Source of the DNA: Candidatus Hydrogenedentota bacterium
GTDB lineage: Bacteria > Hydrogenedentota > Hydrogenedentia > Hydrogenedentales > SLHB01
Assembly: GCA_963674865.2 (NCBI GenBank)
Contig: CAXXYE010000001.1
Location: forward strand, 256,001 to 320,000
Length of the DNA stretch: 64,000 bases
Direction: 5' to 3'
Shown: piece by piece, positions 18,494-28,736 of the stretch
How positions within the stretch are numbered: the stretch's first letter is position 1
Layout: every line of letters starts with the position of its first letter
Notes under the pieces: model-generated
Told to the model about the DNA's origin: nothing
What the model saw: only the letters and a program-made list of their open reading frames with translations
Database searches by the model: none
Made by a program: the position numbers and the translations under genes

Positions 18494-19827
18494 TGGATGA
18501 GCGTCAACCGGGCCAGTCTAGTCCCGTCCAGTCTCTCAAGCGGTCGGCCATCAGCGGCTCGGCCTGGACGATGTTCGGATACGGCTCCGGCCAGATTCTC
18601 CGGCTCATTGGCAACATTATCGTCGCCCGGCTTCTCTTCCCGGAGGCGTTCGGGATCATGGGAATCGTTTTTGCCGTAATGACGGGCCTCGCGATGTTCT
18701 CCGATATCGGCCTCGGGCCGAGTATCATTCAACACAAGCGGGGAGAGGACCCCGCGTTTGTACGCACGGCTTGGACCCTCCAGGCGATGCGCGGCCTCGT
18801 CATCTGGCTCCTCGCCATTCCACTCGCCTGGCCGGTTTATTGGCTCAACAAGGAGCCCATCTTCCTCTGGCTGATCCCTATCGCGGGCCTCACCACCGTC
18901 ATCTCCGGCTTCAACTCGATGTCTCTCTTCACGTATAAACGCCGACTCCACTTCGGCCGCGTCACGCTGCTCTACCTGGGCGCCAACGCTCTCGGCACCG
19001 CGGCTATGATTGCCCTCGCCTGGATGTGGCCGAGCGTGTGGTCCTTGTTGGCGCACGGCTTCGTCAGTGTTGGGGCGATGCTTGTGGGGAGCTACATCTT
19101 TGTGCCGGATCTTCGCATGCGATTTCAGTGGGAGCCTGCCGCCGCCGCCGACCTTATTCGGTTCGGGCGTTGGATCTTCATCGGTACGGCCCTGACGTTT
19201 CTGGTTTCGCGCCTGGATGTCTTCATCCTGGGCGGGCTTGTGGGGATGAGCGTCCTCGGGGTGTACAGCATTGCCAAGAACTTGTCGCGCGCCGCCGTCG
19301 AGGCCCTCTTAGCCCTCACCACCACGGTGCTCTTCCCTGTCTACTCGCGTCTCGCCGAACGCGGCGCATGGGCCTTGCGGTACCAAACCATTCGCGTGCG
19401 CGCGGTGCTGTTGGCGGTCTTCCTTCCGCCGCTGTGGGCGCTGGCGGTCGGCGGACATCACCTTATCGCCTTCCTCTACGATGAACGCTATCAAGAGGCG
19501 GGCTGGATGCTGGAGTTTCTCGCTGCCGGGGCCGTGGCCACCGCCATTGGCGCCACGATCGATCCCGTCCTCTTGGCAAAAGGGGATTCCTTTCGGCACA
19601 TGCTGCAACTGGCCGCGCGGCTTGCCGTGCAGATCGCCGGCATGGCGGCTGGCGCCTACCTCGCCGGCACGCAAGGTTTCATCATCGGGCTTGCCGCCGC
19701 CGACCTGCTCGAATACCCGATCATGGTTGCCCTGGTTCGCAAGTATGGTGTCTGGTTGCCGATTGTGGACGCTCTTGCGTTCGGCGTCTCGGCATTGGTC
19801 ATTGGCTTTGGCTGGTATATCTTCTAG
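18493..19827 (+). CDS. Wzx-type oligosaccharide flippase
   Basis: LKRSAISGSAWT, ARLLFPEAFG, FSDIGLGPSIIQ; about 12 TM helices; start overlaps the GT2 stop (TGATG). Confidence 0.9.
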   Translation: MDERQPGQSSPVQSLKRSAISGSAWTMFGYGSGQILRLIGNIIVARLLFPEAFGIMGIVFAVMTGLAMFSDIGLGPSIIQHKRGEDPAFVRTAWTLQAMRGLVIWLLAIPLAWPVYWLNKEPIFLWLIPIAGLTTVISGFNSMSLFTYKRRLHFGRVTLLYLGANALGTAAMIALAWMWPSVWSLLAHGFVSVGAMLVGSYIFVPDLRMRFQWEPAAAADLIRFGRWIFIGTALTFLVSRLDVFILGGLVGMSVLGVYSIAKNLSRAAVEALLALTTTVLFPVYSRLAERGAWALRYQTIRVRAVLLAVFLPPLWALAVGGHHLIAFLYDERYQEAGWMLEFLAAGAVATAIGATIDPVLLAKGDSFRHMLQLAARLAVQIAGMAAGAYLAGTQGFIIGLAAADLLEYPIMVALVRKYGVWLPIVDALAFGVSALVIGFGWYIF

Positions 19828-19854
19828 AGAATCGAAACGGTCGAGAAGCGCACA

Positions 19855-21045
19855 ATGCGGATAACGTTTGTCCAATTCGGAGACTACGCCGAAGCCGTGC
19901 ACCGATTTGCCAAGGGCGGCGCGGAGACCTACTACGCCCAGCGCTATTCGGTCGAGTTCGTCGGCGACCTCGCGACGAAGGTGGAGGATGTTACCGTGAT
20001 ATGCGTGGATGCCGAGCCTTGCGACGAACGTCTGCCCAACGGCGTCCGAGGGGTCGGCCTCCGCCTGAAGAGTGCGGGAATGCCTGCCCTGATTCGGCAG
20101 GTTGCAGCCACGGATCCCACGCATCTTATCCTCTGCACGCCATTGCGCTCGCTGTTGGCCTGGGCGCTCAGGAGGCGTATTCGGACGCTGCCCGTGTTTG
20201 CGGATAGCTTCGCTCCTCGCGGCTTGCTTGATCCCCTCCGTCATCGCCGGCTCGCCGCCGCGCTGAACCGGCGCGCCGTTGAGTTCGTCGGAAACCACAA
20301 CGTCAACGCTTCGCTTTCGCTCAGGAGTATCGGCGTCAGGCCGGAGAAGATTGTCCCTTGGGATTGGCCATGTCACGTCCACCCAAACGATCTCCCGGAG
20401 AAGGCCGGCCCCGGCGACCCCAATCGCCTGCGACTCATTTCAGTGGGCCTTGTCACTGAGGCAAAGGGGGTCGGCGATTGCATCGCCGCCCTACAACTTC
20501 TACGCGCGCGCGGCGTGCCCGCGGAGTTAACCATCGCCGGGACGGGGGCGGACCTGGAAGCCTTGAAGGCACGAAGTTATGCCCTAGGTGTGGGCAACGC
20601 CGTGACCTTCGCGGGACGCGTGCCGCATGATCGGGTCGTGCCGCTTATGCGCGAGCACGACGCGGTTGTTGTCGCCAGTCGCCACGAATATCCCGAAGGG
20701 TTGCCGATGACGATCTACGAGGCCTATTGCTCAAGAACGCCTCTCATCACCTCCGATCATCCGATGTTCCGCGGAAAGGTGAATGATGGCGAGAGCGCCT
20801 TGGTGTTCGACGCCGGCGACGCGGCGGCCTTGGCCGGAAAGGTGCAGGAGCTAATGGCCTCCCCGCACCTTTACCAGACTCTCTCACGAAACGGTGAGGC
20901 TGCGTGGGAACGCATTCAATGTCCGGTGAAGTGGGGCGACCTTATTGCCCGATGGCTAAGCGATTCCCCCGAGGATCGAGCGTGGCTTTCCGCACATGCC
21001 TTGGGCTCGGGCAAGTACCTCGTGCCGTCTCAGATGCGGCGCTGA
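19855..21045 (+). CDS. GT4 glycosyltransferase
   Basis: VGLVTEAKGV and YPEGLPMTIYEA (Ex7E). Confidence 0.88.
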   Translation: MRITFVQFGDYAEAVHRFAKGGAETYYAQRYSVEFVGDLATKVEDVTVICVDAEPCDERLPNGVRGVGLRLKSAGMPALIRQVAATDPTHLILCTPLRSLLAWALRRRIRTLPVFADSFAPRGLLDPLRHRRLAAALNRRAVEFVGNHNVNASLSLRSIGVRPEKIVPWDWPCHVHPNDLPEKAGPGDPNRLRLISVGLVTEAKGVGDCIAALQLLRARGVPAELTIAGTGADLEALKARSYALGVGNAVTFAGRVPHDRVVPLMREHDAVVVASRHEYPEGLPMTIYEAYCSRTPLITSDHPMFRGKVNDGESALVFDAGDAAALAGKVQELMASPHLYQTLSRNGEAAWERIQCPVKWGDLIARWLSDSPEDRAWLSAHALGSGKYLVPSQMRR

Positions 21046-22016
21046 TGGACATAGCGCGCCAGCTTATGCCGGGCTAGGCGTGCGCCGAACCGGGGGAGTT
21101 CGACCAGTCCCGCGGGTGAACGGCGTTTCCTGCGCCAGCGCTCGAACGCACCCGTTACCGGCCCTGCAAGCAAGTCTATCCAGCGTTGGGCGATCGCCTC
21201 GTGCGTGTAGTCTTGGCCGCGTCGCAGGCCGTTCTCGACCATCTGCTGAAAGAGCCCAGGCTCCTTTTTCAGTCGTTGGAATGCCGCCAACGCTTCGTCC
21301 GGCGTCGCCACCTCGATATAGTCCAAGTCCGATTGCCGATACTGCTGGAAACCCGATTCGGGGCCCAGCACGGCGGGACATCCGGCCAGCCAGGCATTCT
21401 GGAGTTTGGAGGCAGGCTTCAGGTTGATGTCGTATAGCGTGCCCGGTCGTACGGCGAGAACCACGTCCACGTTCCGATAGTCGTGAAAATCGGTTTCGCG
21501 GATCTCTAGCCGCATGCCCAACTCGTCCAAGCGGCGGCGAAAGTCCGCGTCTCGGTACTCGCTCTTCAGGTTGTAGGCTACGCCCGCATAGGTGATCTGT
21601 TCGATGCGGTGTCCCCGCGCGACCGCGCGCGGCAGCAGGCCCGGGTGCGTCCAATGCGGCATGAAGAAATCATCCGGGCCGTGTACGGCGAGCTTGTTCT
21701 GCACGATGCGGATGTGCGCGAGCGGCGCGGCCGGCCGATCCGGCCGGCTCGCGACGATGAACGTCCTGAAGGGGAGTTCCTTGAGCCAAATATCGTCGTA
21801 GTGCGCGACGCAGATGGCGTCCGGAACCATATGCGCGACATAGGCCACGTTGTAGCCGCGGCGCTTTAGTTCGAAATAGGTCTGGACAGTCCAGTTGTCA
21901 TCGCCCTCGCGCAAACGCGGTCCATAGACTTCCGCGGTTGGCACTTCGTCCGCTTCCACAAGATCGCGCCACTTGGCCGCGCTGTGCTGAACGAAGTAGA
22001 TTGGATACTTGAACAC
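21030..22016 (-). CDS. Putative GT-B fold glycosyltransferase
   Basis: C-terminal KPASKLQNAWLAGCPAV and 'MVENGLRRGQDY' resemble the GT-B donor-binding subdomain; located inside the EPS locus. Confidence 0.6.
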   Translation of the reverse strand: MFKYPIYFVQHSAAKWRDLVEADEVPTAEVYGPRLREGDDNWTVQTYFELKRRGYNVAYVAHMVPDAICVAHYDDIWLKELPFRTFIVASRPDRPAAPLAHIRIVQNKLAVHGPDDFFMPHWTHPGLLPRAVARGHRIEQITYAGVAYNLKSEYRDADFRRRLDELGMRLEIRETDFHDYRNVDVVLAVRPGTLYDINLKPASKLQNAWLAGCPAVLGPESGFQQYRQSDLDYIEVATPDEALAAFQRLKKEPGLFQQMVENGLRRGQDYTHEAIAQRWIDLLAGPVTGAFERWRRKRRSPAGLVELPRFGARLARHKLARYVHQRRI

Positions 22017-22150
22017 TGTCAGCGCTCCTGATTAGGACTCCACACTGCACGGTCAGTCCTGTAACATGCGCCGACGCCGTGTACATTCCGCAGGTGCCGC
22101 GTCGCGGCACATTCCTGGATGCCGCCACTCCTGCGGGATACGTTGGCAGG

Positions 22151-24616
22151 CTATTGAGGAAGGATCTGTTGGGTGGGCGCGTTCGCCGCGCGCACAGTGA
22201 GTATTCCCATCTCCGGCGCAGCGATCTCGATAACGCGCGGCTCGCCCGGCAGCACGTCCACGAAATTGTCGCTGTACACGGCCGCCGCATGCGGCACGGA
22301 GACGGCCGCGAAGTGCACGTGCTCCGGGCTTGTGAGCGTCACACGAAACCTGCTTTCATCACACCTCGACGCGACTATCTCGAGATCTGTATCGGGGAGT
22401 ATCCAGTCTCGACGCAAAGCGGCGTGATAGATGCATTCGCTGGACACTTCCCCGGCACGCAGCTCCGCATGAAGGAACTCATGGGCCGGCTCCTCCAGAT
22501 GGAGCTCGCCCGGCACTTCGAGCAGACGTGTGGCGGCGTTGGGCATGAGCCTGCCGTCGAAAACGCATTCGCCCAGCGCCTCTCCTTTGTGGTCGTAGCG
22601 GCGCAGCCGGACATGACATTCGTAGGGGACCGCGAGATCGTTGACGCCCCAAAACGCCAACGGGCCTTCCGCAGGCTGATAGAACATTCCCATTACCGGT
22701 TGGCACGCGTGCCGGACCCAGTAGTAGGCGGCCTTCGGGCGCCCGAAGAAATCCACAAGGCTGAAAGTAACCGCCGGCCACGGCTCGTTGTATTGCCAGA
22801 TGAGCGACCCGCTCGTGGCGTACATGCGTCGCCGATACACCTCGACGGCATAGCGCATCAACGTGGCCTGCGCCTCCTGCGTCAGCATGATGTACTCGTC
22901 GAGCGTTTTGGGATTGCCGAATTCCGGTAGAATTTCGCGAAGCCATCCGCACCGGCCATGGTGGAAGTCCCATGCATTGTGTTGCGGCCCGTTGCGATCC
23001 CAAAGGAACTCCCTCGAGATCATGGCTTCGACGGTTTCGCGTTGGGGAACCGAGCGAAAACCGTACTCACTACTGAAGCGCGGCGCATTTGCGTCATACG
23101 TGCGCCAGTTCGGCAAGCTGTACCAATCGTGAAAATCGCCGATCTCGCGTGAACGTGTGGTCGGCCCGCCGTAAGGGCTTCCGGGCCAGTAGGGCACGTC
23201 CGGGGAGAGGTCCCGAACCGTCTGTGGGAGCACTTGGTCGTACAGCCGTTCTCCAAGATGCCGGCGGGCGCGATCCGGCCAATCGCCAAGAACCCATGCC
23301 TCTTGACACTCGTTGTTGCCGCACCAAAGCACGACGCTGGGATGACGCCGCAGGCGCTGGACAATGTGCCGCGCTTCAAGGGAGGCGCTCTCCATAAACG
23401 CGGGGTCGTCATCCGGATACATGGCGCATGCGTACATGAAGTCCTGCCACACCATGATCCCGAACTCATCGCAGAGGTCATAGAAGGTTTCCGGCTCGTA
23501 AATACCGCCGCCCCAAATCCGCAGCATGTTGAAATGAGCATCGCGGGCGAGTCGGAGAAGATGGCGATAGTGCTCAGGGGAGGACTCAAGACTCATGCTG
23601 TTCGACGGAACCCAGTTCGCGCCCTTGGCGAACACGTCTGTACCGTTGATACAGAAGGTGAATTGCTCATCCTGCTTCAACTCCACCGTGCGTACGCCGA
23701 ACAGTGTCGTGCGCCGGTCGATTTCCGTGCCGCCCGATTCGATTCGAGCATCCAGGTGGTAGCGGAAGGGCTCACCGATAGGCTGCGGATACCACGGGCG
23801 CACGGGGTCCAGGCGCGCCTGGACAAGGATCGGTGCATCACCACACAGCTCGACGCTTTGGCGCCAAAGGGCGGGCGCGTCGGGGCTCTCGTGAATGCCT
23901 AGATGCAGCTTGGCCGGTTCTTTGAGCGCGCAGAGCGTCCTCATGCGGGCCTCGATAGTAATCTCTGCTACTCCTTGCTCAATGGCGTCCGTCCTTACGT
24001 ACAGATCATCGATGCTCACTTCCCGATGGCAGAGCAGGTGCACTGGACGCCAAAGGCCGATGAGGGGCAAGCGAGGGGCGAAATCCCAGCCGAAGCACAT
24101 CTGTGCGAGCCGCATATAGGGCCGGATTTCCTCAGCGTCTTTGCTCACATCGCGGCGGACGGTTTGTTTCATCCGCTCAAGGTCCAGGCGGCACTCAACG
24201 GCCAGCACGTTGCGCCCTTCTCGATTGACGTGAGCGCTGATGTCAAACCGGTGTGGATGGTGCGCATTCCGGATGAAGCCCACGGGCGAGCCGTTCAGCC
24301 AAACCGTAGCGAAAAGGCTCACCCCCTCGAACAGGAGATCGTAGCGCTCGGCCTCGCCTGCTTCGGGCGGCAGCTCAAACTGGTGACGATACCACCATGT
24401 ATCGTTCTCAAAGGCACGGAATGCTTCAGCGTCGCGGTCGCGCCACGGCGCGGGTGCGCGGCCGTGCGCGGCCAGGGCCGCCTGAACCGTCGAAGGGATA
24501 TCCACGCGCATCCAACTCGCGCCTGTCGGTTGGCAATCTGTCTCTTGAGATGCAGCGCCCGCAAGATCGTGTTCCGAGGCAAGAAACCAATCCTTGGAGA
24601 GAGTAAGTTCTTTCAC
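22151..24616 (-). CDS. GH2 beta-mannosidase-like glycoside hydrolase, no evident signal peptide
   Basis: FGWDFAP, KGANWVP, NMLRIWGGGIYE, WQDFMYAC, WCGNNE (acid/base), SEYG (nucleophile) and WQYNEPWP. Confidence 0.92.
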   Translation of the reverse strand: MKELTLSKDWFLASEHDLAGAASQETDCQPTGASWMRVDIPSTVQAALAAHGRAPAPWRDRDAEAFRAFENDTWWYRHQFELPPEAGEAERYDLLFEGVSLFATVWLNGSPVGFIRNAHHPHRFDISAHVNREGRNVLAVECRLDLERMKQTVRRDVSKDAEEIRPYMRLAQMCFGWDFAPRLPLIGLWRPVHLLCHREVSIDDLYVRTDAIEQGVAEITIEARMRTLCALKEPAKLHLGIHESPDAPALWRQSVELCGDAPILVQARLDPVRPWYPQPIGEPFRYHLDARIESGGTEIDRRTTLFGVRTVELKQDEQFTFCINGTDVFAKGANWVPSNSMSLESSPEHYRHLLRLARDAHFNMLRIWGGGIYEPETFYDLCDEFGIMVWQDFMYACAMYPDDDPAFMESASLEARHIVQRLRRHPSVVLWCGNNECQEAWVLGDWPDRARRHLGERLYDQVLPQTVRDLSPDVPYWPGSPYGGPTTRSREIGDFHDWYSLPNWRTYDANAPRFSSEYGFRSVPQRETVEAMISREFLWDRNGPQHNAWDFHHGRCGWLREILPEFGNPKTLDEYIMLTQEAQATLMRYAVEVYRRRMYATSGSLIWQYNEPWPAVTFSLVDFFGRPKAAYYWVRHACQPVMGMFYQPAEGPLAFWGVNDLAVPYECHVRLRRYDHKGEALGECVFDGRLMPNAATRLLEVPGELHLEEPAHEFLHAELRAGEVSSECIYHAALRRDWILPDTDLEIVASRCDESRFRVTLTSPEHVHFAAVSVPHAAAVYSDNFVDVLPGEPRVIEIAAPEMGILTVRAANAPTQQILPQ

Positions 24617-24822
24617 GCGCAGCTCCGATCAAACACCGGCGATCCGTCTGGTAAAAAACACCGCCCCTTGGCATCGGGCGATTTCGCCGCCATATTAACT
24701 GTAGACACAGCTATCTTCAACGCGGGCGTCTTGAGGCCGTGTTGCCGAGGAATACGCCTCTCTGGGCGGGCGTTTCTCTACAGAGTGTATGAAACGCCGT
24801 GCATCTGACAGGTGGACAGATT

Positions 24823-26178
24823 ATGGGTTACGGCATATTGGTCGCGTTGACTTACGCCGCGTGGTTTCCGGTGGTCTTGACGCTTTTCGCGGTGCTTCCC
24901 GCGCGGCGGGCCGTACTCATCGGTGTCCTAGCCGGATGGATGTTCCTGCCTGTCGCGGAATACGTCATCCTATTCCTGCCCGAAATCAACAAGATGGCGG
25001 TCATCTCGTTTTCCGTCCTGCTCGGCATCGCCCTTTTCGATGGCGCGCGGATATTGGCGTTCCGCCCGCGCTGGTTCGACCTTCCCATCGCGATCCTCTG
25101 TCTGGTTCCGGTTACGTCTTCGCTCGCAAATGGGCTGGGGATCTACGACGGTTTGTCCAGTGTCCTCCAATACCTGGTGCACTGGGGGCTTGTCTACTTC
25201 ATTGGACGGCTGTACTTCAGTGATCTTGAGGGCCTACGCGAGCTTACGGTTGCCCTGTTTATCGGCGGATTGATCTACGTGCCGTTGTGTCTCTACGAAG
25301 TACGGATGAGTCCCCAACTTCACCGCATTGTCTACGGCTATCATCAGCACTCCATGGCACAGCACATGCGGTTCGGCGGGTGGCGTCCGAAGGTTTTTAT
25401 GGATCACGGCCTGATGGTCGGCATGTGGATGACCTCCGCCACGCTTTGTGGCTTGTGGCTCTGGTGGACTGGGGCGCGCAGACGGTTCTTGCGCGTCCCG
25501 ATGGGCGTGTGGGTCGGGATGCTGCTCGTTACCACCATCCTGGTGAAAGCAACGGCCGGCATCGTCCTTCTTGCGATAGGCGTGCCGGCCCTGGCTGCGG
25601 TTCGGTACTTCAGGAGCTACGCACCCCTCGCGGCCTTGACGGTGCTGCCCTTCTTCTATGTCGCCATCCGGCTCTGGGGTCTTTGGTCGGGGCAAGGGTT
25701 GGTTGACCTCGTCGAGGACACGCTGGGCCAGGATCGTGCTCAATCGCTCGCCTTCCGGTTCGAGAACGAGGACGCCCTCGCGGAGCGGGCCTTTGAGCGG
25801 CCGCTGTTCGGCTGGGGCGGCTGGGGGCGCGCCAGGGTTCACGATAATGCGGGGAAGGATGTTTCCGTCACCGATAGTCAGTGGATTGTCACCTTCGGCA
25901 AGAACGGGCTGGCTGGGCTTGCAGCTCTCTTTGTAACCATTCTCCTGCCGGCCTGGCTGCTGGGCCGCCGCGTGCCGTCGAAGTTGTGGGCCCACCCAAG
26001 TGTTGCGCCTTGCGTTGTCCTGGCACTGTTGCTGGCGCTGTGGATGGTTGACAACATGGTTAATGCGATGATGAGTCCTGTCTTCTTGCTCATCATTGGG
26101 GGGCTCACTGGTAAGCTCGCGGTTCGGGAATTGGTGGTGAGAAGTCCTCAGGCGGCTCCTCAGACTGCAGCTTCCTAG
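24823..26178 (+). CDS. Wzy polymerase / O-antigen ligase-like membrane protein
   Basis: About 11-12 TM helices, a periplasmic loop with SLAFRFENE..ERPLFGWGGWGR, and EPS context. Confidence 0.8.
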   Translation: MGYGILVALTYAAWFPVVLTLFAVLPARRAVLIGVLAGWMFLPVAEYVILFLPEINKMAVISFSVLLGIALFDGARILAFRPRWFDLPIAILCLVPVTSSLANGLGIYDGLSSVLQYLVHWGLVYFIGRLYFSDLEGLRELTVALFIGGLIYVPLCLYEVRMSPQLHRIVYGYHQHSMAQHMRFGGWRPKVFMDHGLMVGMWMTSATLCGLWLWWTGARRRFLRVPMGVWVGMLLVTTILVKATAGIVLLAIGVPALAAVRYFRSYAPLAALTVLPFFYVAIRLWGLWSGQGLVDLVEDTLGQDRAQSLAFRFENEDALAERAFERPLFGWGGWGRARVHDNAGKDVSVTDSQWIVTFGKNGLAGLAALFVTILLPAWLLGRRVPSKLWAHPSVAPCVVLALLLALWMVDNMVNAMMSPVFLLIIGGLTGKLAVRELVVRSPQAAPQTAAS

Positions 26179-26184
26179 CCTAAC

Positions 26185-26838
26185 GTTGGGAGACCCCCCG
26201 GCTGTGCCGGGGAGGCAGCCGAAGTTTGACAGTTCCAGGAGTCCATCGACGAAACTCCTAGGCGTGAGCCGCTCAAGCACACGCAAAGGAGTTCATCGAT
26301 GGACGATTACCAGAGTCTAAGTCACACGAAATGGGAGTGCAAATACCATGTGGTGTTTATCCCGAAAGGCCGGCGGAAGACGCTGTATAAGGCGCTGCGG
26401 GAGCACCTGGGTGAGGTGTTTCGGGAACTTGCGTTGAGAAAGGAGAGCCGGGTTGAGGAAGGTCACCTGATGCCCGACCATGTGCACATGATGCTGACGA
26501 TTCCCCCGAAGTACGCCGTATCGCAGGTGGTGGGCTACGTCAAAGGGAAGAGCGCGATTCACATTGCTCGGGTCTATAGTGAGCGCAAGCGCAACTTCGT
26601 GGGGCAGCACTTCTGGGCACGGGGCTACTTCGTTTCTACCTTGGGCCGAGACGAGGAGGTGATACGGGACTACATCAGGCGGCAGGAGCAGGAAGACCGC
26701 CGCCTGGACCAGATGGATATGCTACGCTGACAGCCACCCGATAAGGGTGGCCCCAACGCGCGAGCGCGCTAGCGCCCAGCGCAGCCGCTTTGAGCGGCTC
26801 ACACGGTAAAGCCCCCGGCTCTGCCGGGGGATACTTAC
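26185..26838 (+). mobile_element. IS200/IS605-family insertion sequence, tnpA only (ends approximate)
   Basis: Subterminal hairpins ccccggc-tgt-gccgggg (26196-26212) and cccccggc-tct-gccggggg (26812-26830). Inner inverted pair gtgagccgctcaag / ttgagcggctcac. Both flank tnpA. Confidence 0.88.
26299..26730 (+). CDS. tnpA: IS200/IS605 Y1 HUH transposase TnpA
   Basis: KYHVVFIPK, HUH motif PDHVHM, KGKSA, FWARGYFVST and the catalytic Tyr in IRDYIRRQ. Confidence 0.97.
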   Translation: MDDYQSLSHTKWECKYHVVFIPKGRRKTLYKALREHLGEVFRELALRKESRVEEGHLMPDHVHMMLTIPPKYAVSQVVGYVKGKSAIHIARVYSERKRNFVGQHFWARGYFVSTLGRDEEVIRDYIRRQEQEDRRLDQMDMLR

Positions 26839-26856
26839 TAGAAGGAGAAGGCGTAC

Positions 26857-27519
26857 TTATGCGTCGGCATTGAAGGCCGCATCTTGCGTAGGCGCTGACT
26901 CCTTCAGTTTCCCGTTGCCGCCACTTGCCTTGATTTGCGCGAAGAGCGCGCCAAGGGGTGCTTCCCGCTTTCCGTCGTCGCGCTCCGTGGAAGGCCCCAG
27001 CAAGCCAAGAAGCCGACAGGCCAATTCCGCCGCCTGCAAACGCACGCTATCGGACTGCCCCCGCAGCATCAGCTCTAGAATGACGCGTCTTGCCGTGTCC
27101 TCGTCAAAATGCCCCTCCGTCTCCGGCCCCGAGGGCGCGGCGCCTTCGCCGCGAGCCGTCTCTCTGGCGCCCATCTCATCCAGGCAGCGGCGGCGTGCCC
27201 GCCGTACTTCTTCATTGCCTGGGAATTCCTCTGCCAGCGTATCGAGAATGGCGAGTGCCTCTGCGTAACGCGCCTGATAGAACAGGTCAACGGCCTCACC
27301 AAACCGGCGCTTGGCGCTCTCGGAACGCCCCGCGAACGGCGTTTCCCAACCGCCTGATTCGCCAGAACCGTCAGGTCCGGGGAGGGCCGTGCGCTCGGCG
27401 TTGGCTGAGCCTACGCGCAGTTTCTGGCCGCATCGTGAGCAGACGCCCACCTTGCCGAAAGCCGCTCGTGGTACCTGCATTCGTTGGCCGCAGGGGCACG
27501 TCATGATCAGTCTACGCAT
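26857..27519 (-). CDS. Hypothetical protein with an N-terminal Zn ribbon and a TPR-like helix pair
   Basis: CPCG-x15-CSRCG; FGEAVDLFYQARYAEALAILDTLAEEFP. The ATG at 27519 overlaps the upstream stop. Confidence 0.65.
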   Translation of the reverse strand: MRRLIMTCPCGQRMQVPRAAFGKVGVCSRCGQKLRVGSANAERTALPGPDGSGESGGWETPFAGRSESAKRRFGEAVDLFYQARYAEALAILDTLAEEFPGNEEVRRARRRCLDEMGARETARGEGAAPSGPETEGHFDEDTARRVILELMLRGQSDSVRLQAAELACRLLGLLGPSTERDDGKREAPLGALFAQIKASGGNGKLKESAPTQDAAFNADA

Positions 27520-28582
27520 CGTCTTGGCTTCCTCTACCGGACGCGGGCTCCGAGGCGACAAATCGCAAGAAGGCCCCAAGGACGTCGTCGTCATCTTGCC
27601 GCCCATCGGGAGTAACGCCGGGGTTGTGCACGTCGACGAGAGCAAGGGCGTTGGCTGCGTTGTCCTCGTCGCCGGGCTCGTGGCCGCTTTGCCACTGCGG
27701 CGCCGTGGCGCGTTTGCGCTCAAGCCTTGTGACGCGCTCGCGCTCTTCCGCCAGTTCTTCTTCCAGCTCCGGAATGCGCCGCACCGCTTCCTCCGCGGCT
27801 TCGAGTTGTTCCTGTGTCGGCCGCTCGCGCAAGGCTACGGCCTCAGCCTCCAACGCCGCGGCCTGTTGCCGGCTTTCTTCGAGGCACGCTTCCGTTTTCT
27901 CTAGAACTGCCGCGGATTCCTTCAATCTGCTCCGCACCTCGCGCAGTTCCGCCGCGGAGTCCTCCCGTAAAGACTGCACGGATTCCAGGAGCTCCTGGGC
28001 GGCCTTCAACTTACGTCCCAATGCGCGCCGCTGTTCCTTCAGAGATTCCGCGTAGGCCGCGGCTGCGTTGCGCTCACGCGCCAGATGCGCCGATGCCGCC
28101 TTCTCTTGAGCCAATGCCTCTGTCAGGGCGTCGTGCTGCCTGTTGGCGCGCTCCAGCGAGTGAATGCGCTGGCGCAACATCTTGAGTTCGTTGAGATTGG
28201 CTGCGAGCTTTGAGTCCAACGCCATCTGCGGCTTGGAGCTTGCCTGCGCGGCTCGAACATCCTGTAATGACTTCTCATCCGCTGGCGGGAGGGAATTGCT
28301 CACGGCGGTTTGGGTGGGGCGCCGCCCGCCGCGCAAGCGAGCCAGTAGCCGCTTCACCGCTCCCGCCTGCCTTGGGCGGCGCGATGAACTTCGCAGCGCG
28401 AGGGTGCGCACTCGCGGCACGGCCAGTGGGTGAACCGGGTAGGGATACCACGCGTCGAATCCCGCGAAATCGTCCGCCGCCCACGGGGCGGGACGTGATG
28501 GCCCATTCAGAAAATGCAGTCCAAGGAGATCGGCGTCTTCTACATTCTCCACGCCGTCGATCTTTTCTTTCTGCGGATTCAT
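27512..28582 (-). CDS. Hypothetical coiled-coil protein
   Basis: About 170 aa of heptad-rich E/A/R/L helix and a short C-terminal motif DDDDVLGAFLRF. Start at MNPQKE is inferred. Confidence 0.6.
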   Translation of the reverse strand: MNPQKEKIDGVENVEDADLLGLHFLNGPSRPAPWAADDFAGFDAWYPYPVHPLAVPRVRTLALRSSSRRPRQAGAVKRLLARLRGGRRPTQTAVSNSLPPADEKSLQDVRAAQASSKPQMALDSKLAANLNELKMLRQRIHSLERANRQHDALTEALAQEKAASAHLARERNAAAAYAESLKEQRRALGRKLKAAQELLESVQSLREDSAAELREVRSRLKESAAVLEKTEACLEESRQQAAALEAEAVALRERPTQEQLEAAEEAVRRIPELEEELAEERERVTRLERKRATAPQWQSGHEPGDEDNAANALALVDVHNPGVTPDGRQDDDDVLGAFLRFVASEPASGRGSQDDA

Positions 28583-28736
28583 TCCGTTGTGTCCTAACAC
28601 GCTTATACCTGCGCCATGCTCGCACGCGCTTCTCGATGCCGCCTGGATGACTGGACACGCGAGCCGGCTTCCGGCTATCAACCATCTTAAGGATCTAACC
28701 CGCCCCGATCCGGGCGTATTCCACGCGGGGTGGCTG

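Noticed and set aside
26730..26857. tnpB/IscB or omega-RNA associated with the IS200/IS605 element
   Set aside because: Only about 100 bp separate the tnpA stop from the right-end hairpin, and there is no RuvC-type ORF.
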